Program-made: the position numbers and the translations under genes
Assembly: GCA_047974625.1 (NCBI GenBank)
Contig: JBKECK010000115.1
Span: 1,854 to 65,853, forward strand
Length of the DNA stretch: 64,000 bases
Origin: Acidimicrobiales bacterium
GTDB taxonomy: Bacteria; Actinomycetota; Acidimicrobiia; Acidimicrobiales; SZUA-35
Direction of reading: 5' to 3'
Notes under the pieces: generated by a model
Seen by the model: only the letters and a program-made list of their open reading frames with translations
Database searches by the model: none
Told to the model about the DNA's origin: nothing
Shown: positions 35,796 to 44,787 of the stretch, one piece after another
How the letters are laid out: every line of letters begins with the position of its first letter
Position numbering within the stretch: position 1 is the stretch's first letter

Positions 35796-35868
35796 TGGGC
35801 CCGCCGGGGTTCGAACCCGGGACCGAGCGATTATGAGTCGCCTGCTCTAACCACTGAGCTACGAGCCC
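35796..35868 (-). tRNA. tRNA-Met (anticodon CAT); elongator-type stem, so tRNA-Ile2 (lysidine) cannot be excluded
   Basis: The reverse complement GGGCTCGTAGCTCAGTGGTTAGAGCAGGCGACTCATAATCGCTCGGTCCCGGGTTCGAACCCCGGCGGGCCCA folds as a 73-nt cloverleaf. The anticodon loop is CTCATAA. Confidence 0.9.
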
Positions 35869-35967
35869 CAGAATCCACAACTCTAGGCCCGGCACGGCCA
35901 GGCTCGGCCAAATCCGGCGGTGAACCGTTCTCCTCTACAGCCTTCCGCTCGTGCGCGATGTTGGAAC

Positions 35968-36120
35968 CCAGCGGAGGCGATCTACGACATCTGGGACTTC
36001 CTCGCCTCCCGACGGGCGCGTATCACCCCCGAGCAGGCCGGCCTCACCCCGTCGGGAAAGGGTGGCCGGGTCCGGGGCCTCCGTCGGGAGGAGGCGGCGA
36101 TGCTGGCCGACATACCGGTC
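35968..36120 (+). pseudogene. Remnant of an MmyB-like / XRE-family HTH regulator (N-terminal ~45 codons)
   Basis: IYDIWDFLASRRARITPEQAGLTPSGKGGRVRGLRREEAAMLADI matches the conserved N-terminus of the family (FLR.RR.RLTPE..GL...GRRRVPGLRREE.A.LAG). The expected continuation is absent in all frames. Confidence 0.45.
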
Positions 36121-36285
36121 CGGCCCCGGCACGCCCCACCGACGGGCAACCCGCGGCCGCCACCCGTCCACTGAAGCCCCTGCGCCCGGTTCGTCGGCCG
36201 GGCCCCATCCTCCAGTGCTCGGAGCCGGCATTGCGGACCCGTCCGGGGTGGCCCCACCCATCCGGGATGAGCCACCCTTGGGGCC

Positions 36286-37503
36286 ATGACCGACTCCCCT
36301 CCCCCGGGTCCGCTTGCTGGCGTCCGGGTCATCGACCTCACCACCGTCGTGATGGGCCCCCTGTCCACCCGGATCCTGGCCGACCTCGGGGCGGACGTCA
36401 TCAAGGTCGAGGCGCCCGAAGGAGACTTCGTCCGCCACTTCGAACCGAAACGGTCCGAGGGCATGAGCGCCTTTTCGATGGCCCTCAACCGCAACAAGCG
36501 GAGCATCGCCCTGGACCTCAAGAGCGAGCCGGGCCGCGCGGCCATGCTCGACTTGGTGGCCACGGCCGACGCGTTCGTGACCAACGTCCGCCCCAAGGCA
36601 TTGGCCCGCCTCGGTCTCACCGACGCCGACCTGCGGGCCCGCCGCGATGACCTCGTCTACTGCTCAGCCACTGGTTTCGGCAGTGACGGCCCGTACGCCG
36701 ACCGGGCCGCCTACGACGACGTCATCCAGGCCAGCTCCGGACTGGCCACCATGTTCGCCTGGACCCAGGGTGAGCCGATGTTCGTGCCCAGCATCGTGGC
36801 CGACAAGGTGGCCGCCCTCCACATCGCCTACGCGGTGATGGCCGCCCTCTACCGGCGGTCCCAGACCGGTGAGGGCGACCACATCGAGGTGCCGATGGCG
36901 GAGGCCCTGGCCGCGTTCAACCTGGTGGAACACCTCAGTGGCCACGCATACGAGCCCCCGATCGGCGACTTCAGCTACCTCCGCATCCGGACCCCCCACC
37001 GGCGGCCCCGCCGCTCGGCCGACGGGTGGGTGTGCGTACTCCCCTACAGCGACGAAAACTGGCGGGACTTCTTCACCCTGGCCGGCCGGCCGGACCTGGC
37101 CGCCGACGAACGGTTCACCACCATTAACGGCCGGGTGGAGCACGTCGACGCCCTCTACGGGGAGCTCGACGACATCATCGGCTCCCGCGCCACGGCCGAG
37201 TGGTTGAAACTCTGCGACGAACGGTCGATCCCAGCCGCGCCGGTCAACGATCTGGAGCACCTGGAGCAGGATCCCCACTTCGACGCCGTCGGCCTGTTCC
37301 AGCACCACCAGCACCCCACCGAGGGCGCGTACCGGGTGGTCAAGGACCCGGTGCGCTTCGCCTCCGGCTCTCCGGGCGTCTACCGCCACCCACCCCACCT
37401 GGGCCAGGACGCGGTGGATCTGCTCACCGAGCTCGGCTACGACCAGGACCGGATCGACGGCGTGGTCGGGTCCGACGACCCGGCCGGCGGGGTCCCGGGC
37501 TGA
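36286..37503 (+). CDS. CoA transferase family III (CaiB/BaiF) protein
   Basis: The N-terminal GPLAGVRVIDLTTVVMGPLSTRILADLGADVIKVEAPEGD is characteristic of the family. Confidence 0.88.
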   Translation: MTDSPPPGPLAGVRVIDLTTVVMGPLSTRILADLGADVIKVEAPEGDFVRHFEPKRSEGMSAFSMALNRNKRSIALDLKSEPGRAAMLDLVATADAFVTNVRPKALARLGLTDADLRARRDDLVYCSATGFGSDGPYADRAAYDDVIQASSGLATMFAWTQGEPMFVPSIVADKVAALHIAYAVMAALYRRSQTGEGDHIEVPMAEALAAFNLVEHLSGHAYEPPIGDFSYLRIRTPHRRPRRSADGWVCVLPYSDENWRDFFTLAGRPDLAADERFTTINGRVEHVDALYGELDDIIGSRATAEWLKLCDERSIPAAPVNDLEHLEQDPHFDAVGLFQHHQHPTEGAYRVVKDPVRFASGSPGVYRHPPHLGQDAVDLLTELGYDQDRIDGVVGSDDPAGGVPG

Positions 37504-37618
37504 ACCCGAGGCCGGGCCGCGGACCACTACCATGAATCCCTACGAGTAGGACCCGGTACGTCGGGCCCCGTTCGATCCCTCCCCGGGGCGATGGGGTTGA
37601 TGACCCGAAAGGGGGGCA

Positions 37619-39706
37619 GTGAGCGGCACCGACCGGCAGGACCAGACCCGCGGCTCGGCCTCCACCACGTACCCCGCCGCGTCGCCGGGTCGCCACACGG
37701 CCACCACCGGCCCGGCCGCCCCGCTCGAACCGGGCGACGACACCGCGGCGGCCGGCACGGCGGCCGTCCTGACCGCCCCCATCACCCAGGGCGGGGCCCC
37801 GGTCCGCCCCGCCGACCCGGACGGCACCGAGGTCCTCCCGATCGAGCACGACACCGAGGTCGGCGACCCGCCGACCCGAACCCAACCTGTGGTCCCCGAC
37901 CTGTCCCGGCTCGACCCCGAGATCGGTCGGGTCACCGTCGCTGTCCCCCCGGACAGGCCCGATCGCGGCGACCCCAAGGCCGGCCCAGGCTCCGACCCCA
38001 CCGGCGGTCCACCCGCCGAGCCGGCCTCCGACCATGCCGCCCACCCGCCGTGGACCGCTGCCACTTCCGGCACCCCGCCCGCCCGAGACCGCGCCGCCGC
38101 ACCTAGCCCTGGCACCACCACGACGCCCGACGCCGACACGGCCGGTACCGAGCCGGACCCGACCGTCGCCGCTGGGTCCGGCACCGACCCCGAGCCCAGC
38201 ACGGTGGCCATGCCCGGCCCCGACCGGGCGACAACCGGGACGCATCGGTCTCCGGGGGCGGCCGCCCCGGCCCGGCACATCGGGCGCTACCAGATCGTCC
38301 GGCGGATCGGGGTGGGCGGATTCGCCACCGTATACGCGGCCATCGACCCCCAGCTCGACGACCAGGTGGCGGTGAAGGTCCTGGCCGAGAACCACGCCGC
38401 CGAGCCCGAGCTGCGCCGGCGCTTCATCTCCGAAGCCCAGCTGGCCCGGCGGGTGGGGAACGACCGCCTGATCGGGGTGTTCGATCTGGGCGAGACCGAG
38501 GACGACCGCCCCTACGTGGTCATGGAACTGGCCGATCGGGGCAGTCTCCGGAACCGGATCGACTACACCCCCGAGGTGGGGTTGGCCGACGTGATGCGCC
38601 TGGTCACCGAGCTCGGGGCCTGTATGGAGGCCATTCACGCCCGAGGGGTGATCCACCGCGACCTGAAGCCCCGGAACCTCCTGCTCCGCACCACCTCGAG
38701 CGCCTCCCGGGGTCGACCGCCCCGGGAGCGGCGGCTCCTCACCGACGACGAGCGCCTCGTCCTGGCCGACTTCGGCCTGGCCCGCGACATCTCCGACGGC
38801 GCCTCCGGGCTGACCATCGGCGGCGGTACCGCCGGCTACATGGCTCCCGAGCAGGCCGACCAGGCGGGAAGTCCCGACCATCGGGCCGATCTCTACGCCG
38901 CCACCATGGTGGTGGCCGAGGTGATCACCGGTGACCATCCGCAACGACTGTCCCTGGCCACCGCCCCCATCCCTACCCGTCTCCGGGCCGCCCTCGAGCG
39001 GGGCACCGCGCTGGAGCGGGATCGGCGTCCGGATTCGGCGGTGGAGTGGCGGGCCATGCTCCTCGACGCCCTGACCGATGGCCTGACCGTCCCCGAAACG
39101 GCGCCCGAGGTGAGCGTTCCCCCCGGGGCCGGGGCCCCGACCGCGCCGGGCCCGGCGGTGGCCGCTGGCCCACCACCCACCGCCCCCGTGGCAGTGGCGG
39201 CCGCGGATGCCGCACCGCCGCTCGCCCAGGCCCGGATCCCGACCGCTCCCGTGGCCGTGGCGGTCCCCGCCGCCGCAGCGCCGCCCGCCCACGCCCGGAT
39301 CCCGACCGCGCCGATACCCGGCTCAGCCCCGGCCAGCACCCCGGCGGCGGCACCGGTGCGGACGGCCCGTCCTCCCGCCTACGGGTACGATCCCGAGCTC
39401 CAGCACCGCATCCACCACGCCACCGAGCGTGAGCACCGCCGCTACAACCGGCGGCTCCGTCGCCGCCAGCGCCGCCACCGGATCGCCAACATGGTCACCA
39501 CGGTGATCCGGGCCGTGGTCGGCTTCGTGGTGACGGCGGCCATCGCCCACGCCCTCTTGGCGGAGCGCCTCGATCTGAACCTCTGGCCCCCGCTGGACGT
39601 CACCGGCTGGCCCATCAACGCCCGCCTGCTGTTCATGCTCGCCGGCCTGTTCGGTCTGCTGGTGGGCCCGGCCGTGGTGCCCTTCCCCCGCTACTACCGC
39701 AGATAG
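37619..39706 (+). CDS. Ser/Thr protein kinase with long Pro/Ala-rich N- and C-terminal regions and C-terminal TM helices
   Basis: IGVGGFATVY, VAVKVL, HRDLKPRNLLL, DFGLARD and GTAGYMAPEQ are present. The GTG at 37619 is preceded by AAAGGGGGG. It is paralogous to the kinase at 26140. Confidence 0.85.
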   Translation: MSGTDRQDQTRGSASTTYPAASPGRHTATTGPAAPLEPGDDTAAAGTAAVLTAPITQGGAPVRPADPDGTEVLPIEHDTEVGDPPTRTQPVVPDLSRLDPEIGRVTVAVPPDRPDRGDPKAGPGSDPTGGPPAEPASDHAAHPPWTAATSGTPPARDRAAAPSPGTTTTPDADTAGTEPDPTVAAGSGTDPEPSTVAMPGPDRATTGTHRSPGAAAPARHIGRYQIVRRIGVGGFATVYAAIDPQLDDQVAVKVLAENHAAEPELRRRFISEAQLARRVGNDRLIGVFDLGETEDDRPYVVMELADRGSLRNRIDYTPEVGLADVMRLVTELGACMEAIHARGVIHRDLKPRNLLLRTTSSASRGRPPRERRLLTDDERLVLADFGLARDISDGASGLTIGGGTAGYMAPEQADQAGSPDHRADLYAATMVVAEVITGDHPQRLSLATAPIPTRLRAALERGTALERDRRPDSAVEWRAMLLDALTDGLTVPETAPEVSVPPGAGAPTAPGPAVAAGPPPTAPVAVAAADAAPPLAQARIPTAPVAVAVPAAAAPPAHARIPTAPIPGSAPASTPAAAPVRTARPPAYGYDPELQHRIHHATEREHRRYNRRLRRRQRRHRIANMVTTVIRAVVGFVVTAAIAHALLAERLDLNLWPPLDVTGWPINARLLFMLAGLFGLLVGPAVVPFPRYYRR

Positions 39707-39806
39707 GCCCGACGGCGTCCAGCCCCACGGGACGGAGGGGCCGTCGCGGGCCGCTATCAGCCGGGGCGACGGGGCCGGAAGCGCCGCTGACCCGACCGGG
39801 AGGGGT

Positions 39807-40094
39807 TCAGACCCCGTCGACGAGCACCATCTGCACGTCGGCGGCCCCGCTCCGGACCTCCCGCGCCTCGCCGTATTCGGGCGATGACGCGAACGCCCGG
39901 GCGGCCTCGAGATCGGGGAACTCGACGATCACCACCCGTCGGGACTCGTCCTCGCCTTCGACGGTCTCGGTGGCACCACCCCGGACCAGGAATTTCCCCC
40001 CGTAGGCGGCCACCGCCCCCGGGCTGAGCTTCTTGTAGTCCTCGTAACGCTCGGGGTCGGTGACGTGAACCCGGACGACGCAATAGGCAGTCAT
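39807..40094 (-). CDS. DUF1330 domain protein
   Basis: The sequence MTAYCVVRVHVTDPERYEDYKKLSPGAVAAYGGKFLVRGG...VVIVEFPDLEAARAFASSPEY is typical of the family. Confidence 0.75.
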   Translation of the reverse strand: MTAYCVVRVHVTDPERYEDYKKLSPGAVAAYGGKFLVRGGATETVEGEDESRRVVIVEFPDLEAARAFASSPEYGEAREVRSGAADVQMVLVDGV

Positions 40095-40250
40095 GGCTCC
40101 TCCTCGCCGCCCACACTAGACACAGGCCACGCCCGGCGCATCGGACCGCCCGCGCCGTGCCGGGACCAACCCGGTGGACCGACCAGGTCACGGGGGTGAT
40201 TCGACCCCTGACGGCCGCCGGGCATCCGGCCAGGACTAGCCTCGACATGA

Positions 40251-41519
40251 GTGTCCAAGCTTGTGCCCGCCCGCCGGCCCCGCATCGTGGACCCTGTCAT
40301 CGGGGTGTACGCCACCCTCACGGCTTGTCTCGCGGCCGGTTACGGGGTGCTGTTCACCCTGGTCGGCGATTTCCGTGACACGTACGGGATCTCGGAAGCC
40401 ACGATCGGCCTGATCATCGGCGTCGGGTTCATCGCCGGGTTCGCCTCCCAGATCCTGGTCGCCCCCCTGGCCGACCGGGGCCATGTCCGCAAGCTGGTGG
40501 CCGGTGGGGTTCTGATCAACGCCGCCGGCCTGGTCCTCATGGGCCTGGGCCAGACCACCCTCACCATCATGTCGGGCCGGATCATCTCGGGTCTGGCCAT
40601 CGGCGCCGCTACCCCGGCCGTCCGGCGGATCGTCGTGCTGCACGACCGAGAGAACGTGGGCCGCAACCTGGGACGGATCGTCTCGGCCGACGTGTTCGGC
40701 TTCGCCGTGGGGCCGGCCATCTCGGCCGTCCTGGCCGGGCCGTTCGGGCTCGCCTCGCCGTTCCTCGCCGTGGCCGGCCTGAGCTTGCTCGTCCTGGCCG
40801 TCACCTGGCCGTTCGGGGTGGTCGACGAGCCCGGGGGGTCGCACCAACGGTTCGCTGTCGACCTGCTCGGTATCCCCAGCCTCGTGGGGGCCGTTCTCCT
40901 CGGCGCCGGCACGTTCGCCATGATCGGGGCCTTCGACGCCCTGTGGGACCTGGTCAACACCGACCTGGGCACCCCCGGCTGGCTGGCCAACCTGGGGATC
41001 ACCCTGTTCGCCCTCCCCCTGGTCATCCTCGGACCCACCGGGGGGCGCCTGGCCCAGACCTTCGGCCCGTTCCGGGTGGCCGGCTACGGCCTGGCCATCG
41101 GGACCCTGTTCATGACCGCCTACGGCACCGTTCCGTCCGGGATCTGGATCGTCGCCCTCGCCATGGTTCACGCCGTCAACGACGGTCTGACCATGACCGC
41201 CCCCGCCGTCGCCATCGGGATCTCGGTGCCTATCGACCGGCAGGCGGGCGCCCACGGCCTGCTGGGGGCGGCCGAGGCGTTGACGGCCGGGATCATGGCC
41301 ATCTTCGCCGGCACCGTCTACGAGGCCTACGGCCGCGAGGCCGCCTACCTCGGCGCGGCGATCATGATGTTGGCCCTGACCTTCGCCGGTCTGGGCCTGT
41401 CGGCGGACCGTTTCCGGCACCGGTGGTCACCGGCCCGGGCCGGCGCCACCCCGACCCGGATCGTGGTCATGGACGACCGTTCCCGGACCGGGCCCGGCAA
41501 CCAGGACCGGGCGGCCTGA
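40251..41519 (+). CDS. MFS transporter
   Basis: The 422-aa protein is a 12-TM-like hydrophobic protein. It starts with GTG, and motif A-like LADRGHVRK is present. Confidence 0.8.
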   Translation: MSKLVPARRPRIVDPVIGVYATLTACLAAGYGVLFTLVGDFRDTYGISEATIGLIIGVGFIAGFASQILVAPLADRGHVRKLVAGGVLINAAGLVLMGLGQTTLTIMSGRIISGLAIGAATPAVRRIVVLHDRENVGRNLGRIVSADVFGFAVGPAISAVLAGPFGLASPFLAVAGLSLLVLAVTWPFGVVDEPGGSHQRFAVDLLGIPSLVGAVLLGAGTFAMIGAFDALWDLVNTDLGTPGWLANLGITLFALPLVILGPTGGRLAQTFGPFRVAGYGLAIGTLFMTAYGTVPSGIWIVALAMVHAVNDGLTMTAPAVAIGISVPIDRQAGAHGLLGAAEALTAGIMAIFAGTVYEAYGREAAYLGAAIMMLALTFAGLGLSADRFRHRWSPARAGATPTRIVVMDDRSRTGPGNQDRAA

Positions 41520-41607
41520 CCTCACCCACCCATTGTCGAGGCCGGCCGGGACCGACCGCCGCGCCGTCCCGACCGGCCCGGGCACCATCCCCCGGCTCAG
41601 TACGACC

Positions 41608-43980
41608 TCATCCGCCGGTTGGCGGCGGGTGCAGGATGGGCACAACGTTGACACAGCCGGATGACCACCCGTCGTACAGCTCAGCCGACAGCTCATCGAG
41701 GTCGACGTCGGGTCGGGGCGCCGGGTTGTCGACCCCCTCGACCGGGTTGCCGTCGATATCGACCACGTCGATCCAGTAACAGGCCCCCTGATTGAAGGCC
41801 CGTTCCAACCATAGGTTTCCGTCCACTAGGGCCACCGCGTCGGTGTATATCCAGCTGCCGTCGATTCCGGTGATCGTCCGCCGGTCGATGGTGACCGCCT
41901 CGGCCGGATCGAGACCGTCGGTGCCCAACGGTTGGATGACGATGGAGAGCTCGCCGGCCGGTTCGTTACCCAGCTCGAACTCGATGTGCTCCCACACCAC
42001 GGCCGGCCGGTCTCCGTACCTGATGGTGCCGAGCAGGACGTTCTGCACCCCTTCCCCCGCCGGGAAGGTGTCGACGACGTCGAAGGGGGCACCGCCGTCC
42101 TCGGGCACGTACACGATCATCTCCCGACCCAGGTCGGTGAAGGCCTCACCCGGGAAGATCACGTCCGACTCGTCGCCCGCCACCACCGCCTCGTCCGGCT
42201 CCTCGGTGGCCGGGGAGCTCTCGTCCCAGACCCCGATCTCGGTCACGACCGGCACCGGCCCTTCGGGCGCTGAGGCCTCCGGGACGATCACCGCCACCAC
42301 CGGCACGCCCTTCTCGTCCCAGCCGCTGAGGGCGATTCCGTTCCCGTCGGACACCCACCGGGCCCCCTCGAGGATCAGCGACCCGGCGACGCCCGGGTCG
42401 ACCCCGATGTCGAGCCTGGCGGCGTCGCCGACCGTCTGGTCCGCCGGCAGCACCCCCAGGGAACCGGGCAGTTCGGCTCCTTCGGCCACGAACAGGAGGT
42501 CGCCATTGGGCGCGAAGTCGGCGTCGGTGATCGGCCCGAACCCGGTGAGGGGCTCGGACATGACCGGGGGGCCTCCCCCGGGGTCCGCCTCCACAACGGT
42601 GAGGCCGAACGTCCCGTACACGGCGGCCCGGCTGAAATCACCGTTGAGGGCGGCACCGACGGCCACCACCTCCTGACCGTCGTCGAGGCCGGTGGGCACC
42701 GGCACCGTGGTCACGGCGCCGGCGGCGTCGGTGACGTCCACGACGGGCTCGCCGGCGACCGCGTACACGGAGGCGTTACCGACGAGCTCGGCCAGGAGCA
42801 CACCGGCCGTCCCGGGCCGGGTCCTGGTTTCGGAGGCCATGGTCGAGGGGGTGTAGACGAACTGGTATGGGGCCCGGTCGGTTCCGGTGTCGGAGCTGAC
42901 GGTGACGGTCCGGCCATCCGGTGACCAGACCGGCCGGCTCCCGACCCCGACCATCTCGGCCTGCAGATCGACCCCGTCGGGCACCGCCCCGGGCCCGCCG
43001 GGGGGAGGCACGGTGGATGTCTCACGGGAATCGGTGCCGCCCGACCAACTCCCGGTGACCAGGACATCCTGCGCCTCGCAGCCGAAAGTGACCGCGGCCT
43101 GGTTGTCGCCTGATCCGCTCCGGAACGGGACGTAGTCCACCACCGCCAACCCGTCGGGGCTCGTCGGCCCAGACGCCGCCGCGATGGCGCCGGTCGTGGC
43201 GAGGGTCCCGTCGAGCCGGTAGGTGTTGACAGTAAACACCGGACCGTTCTCGCAGCCACCGTCGCCGGCCAGCGGTTCCACCACCAGGAGGCGCTCCTGG
43301 TCCGGGGCCACACCGGCCAGGTACCCACCCCGGAGCGCCGACACCACCGGCCACTGCGCCGTGTAGTCGGGCCGGGTCTCGGCATTGACCGAGGCGCCGG
43401 AGGTAACGTCCGCGCCGGTGGCGCCGTGGCCGGCGTAGGCGGCGGTGGTGTCCCGGGACAACACCGCCGTCCGCCACACCACCGCCCCGCCGAGGACGGC
43501 GATCGCGGCGGCCGCCACAGCCAGCCAGCGGGCCCGACCCGAGCGCGCCCACGCCAGCGAACCTCCGCTGCGGGCATCGCTCAACCGCACGATGCCGTCG
43601 ACGGAGTCCGAGGCCGCCTCGGACTCCAGGCCTTCCCAGAATCCAGGACGGTGGTCGGGTACGACGAGGCCGGTCAGGATGCTGCTCACGATCGGGTCAC
43701 AATCGTCCTCCCGGCCGGCGGTTTCGTCCCCCCGGCCGTCGTGGTCCCCGACGGGGTGGGGGGTGCGGAGGTGGGGCACCCCCCCGGGAAGGTCGTGGCC
43801 GCCGTCTTCGGGCACAGAAATCCTGCCTCTGTCGCTGTGATCGGGGGGTCCGGGTCGAGGAGGCTTGGGACGGCCCCCGTTCCGATACCGGCCGTTCGGA
43901 CCGTCATCGTTCGACCGGCGCTCACGGGGGTGAGCGTCGTTGGAATGAGGGTCGTTGGTATGAGGGTCGTGGTCAGGCAT
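41608..43980 (-). CDS. Anti-sigma-like membrane protein with a ~600-aa extracytoplasmic domain (PD40/beta-propeller-like repeats)
   Basis: The ATG at 43980 overlaps the sigma gene end by 8 nt (ATGCCTGA). The N-terminus is His/Asp/Pro-rich and cytoplasmic. There is one TM helix (WLAVAAAAIAVLGGAVVW). SPDG-type repeats are present (VWSPDGRTVTVSSD, FAPNGDLLFVAEG). Confidence 0.65.
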   Translation of the reverse strand: MPDHDPHTNDPHSNDAHPRERRSNDDGPNGRYRNGGRPKPPRPGPPDHSDRGRISVPEDGGHDLPGGVPHLRTPHPVGDHDGRGDETAGREDDCDPIVSSILTGLVVPDHRPGFWEGLESEAASDSVDGIVRLSDARSGGSLAWARSGRARWLAVAAAAIAVLGGAVVWRTAVLSRDTTAAYAGHGATGADVTSGASVNAETRPDYTAQWPVVSALRGGYLAGVAPDQERLLVVEPLAGDGGCENGPVFTVNTYRLDGTLATTGAIAAASGPTSPDGLAVVDYVPFRSGSGDNQAAVTFGCEAQDVLVTGSWSGGTDSRETSTVPPPGGPGAVPDGVDLQAEMVGVGSRPVWSPDGRTVTVSSDTGTDRAPYQFVYTPSTMASETRTRPGTAGVLLAELVGNASVYAVAGEPVVDVTDAAGAVTTVPVPTGLDDGQEVVAVGAALNGDFSRAAVYGTFGLTVVEADPGGGPPVMSEPLTGFGPITDADFAPNGDLLFVAEGAELPGSLGVLPADQTVGDAARLDIGVDPGVAGSLILEGARWVSDGNGIALSGWDEKGVPVVAVIVPEASAPEGPVPVVTEIGVWDESSPATEEPDEAVVAGDESDVIFPGEAFTDLGREMIVYVPEDGGAPFDVVDTFPAGEGVQNVLLGTIRYGDRPAVVWEHIEFELGNEPAGELSIVIQPLGTDGLDPAEAVTIDRRTITGIDGSWIYTDAVALVDGNLWLERAFNQGACYWIDVVDIDGNPVEGVDNPAPRPDVDLDELSAELYDGWSSGCVNVVPILHPPPTGG

Positions 43981-44548
43981 GGTCGGTCCTCCCACAGGTC
44001 GGGTAGCCGAGCGTGCTACGGAGCGCGGCCCGGGCCCGCGAGACCCGGGAGGCGAGTGTCCCGACCGGTACGCCGACGATGTCGGCCGCGTCGGCGAAGG
44101 TGAATCCCTGCATGTCGACGAGGACCACGGCGGCACGCTGATCGGGCGAGAGCCGATCGAGGGCGGCCTCGACCGTGTCACGGTCGCCGATCCGGTTGGT
44201 CGAGTCCGAGACGACGAGTTCGTCGTGGTAGGCGACCTGGCCGAAGTCGGTCGGCTCGAACCGGCCCCGTCGTCGGATCTCGTCGATACATGTCCGGTAG
44301 ACGATCGAGTGCAGCCAGGTGGAGAACCTGGAGCGGCCCTCGAACGAGCCGAACTCGCGGAAGGCCTTCAGATAGGCGATCTGGAGGGCGTCGTCCATCT
44401 CGTCCCGGTCCCGCAGGATCGAATAGGCCAGGGCGCGCATCTGGGGGTCCGCCTCGATCAGCAGCCGGGAGAAGGTCTCAGCGAGCGGCGGCCCCTGGTT
44501 CTTGGTCGTTGACCGCTGTCGACGGTCGATCACGCTCGCTCCACGCAC
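43973..44548 (-). CDS. ECF-type RNA polymerase sigma factor
   Basis: Region 2 (DDALQIAYLKAFREFGSFEGRSRFSTWLHSIVYRTCIDEIRRR) and region 4 (LSPDQRAAVVLVDMQGFTFADAADIVGVPVGTLASRVSRAR) are present. Confidence 0.88.
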   Translation of the reverse strand: MRGASVIDRRQRSTTKNQGPPLAETFSRLLIEADPQMRALAYSILRDRDEMDDALQIAYLKAFREFGSFEGRSRFSTWLHSIVYRTCIDEIRRRGRFEPTDFGQVAYHDELVVSDSTNRIGDRDTVEAALDRLSPDQRAAVVLVDMQGFTFADAADIVGVPVGTLASRVSRARAALRSTLGYPTCGRTDHA

Positions 44549-44787
44549 ACCAACTCAGACGGGGGACGGCCCCCCATTTATCCATGGAACCGAGAATCCG
44601 CCTGCAGGGGGTTCGCCCCCGACCCCACCCGTCGACTCCGTCGGTGCTCGACGTCGGGTCTGAAGCGCGAAACCGGCGTACCGCCCCGCCCACTGTACTC
44701 ACCAGGGCCGCCGTCGGATCCCTTCCACCGTCGCCGAGGGCCGGACCGCCCCCTGACCGCCTGGTTGCCAGGATCTACGCTGGCGCC

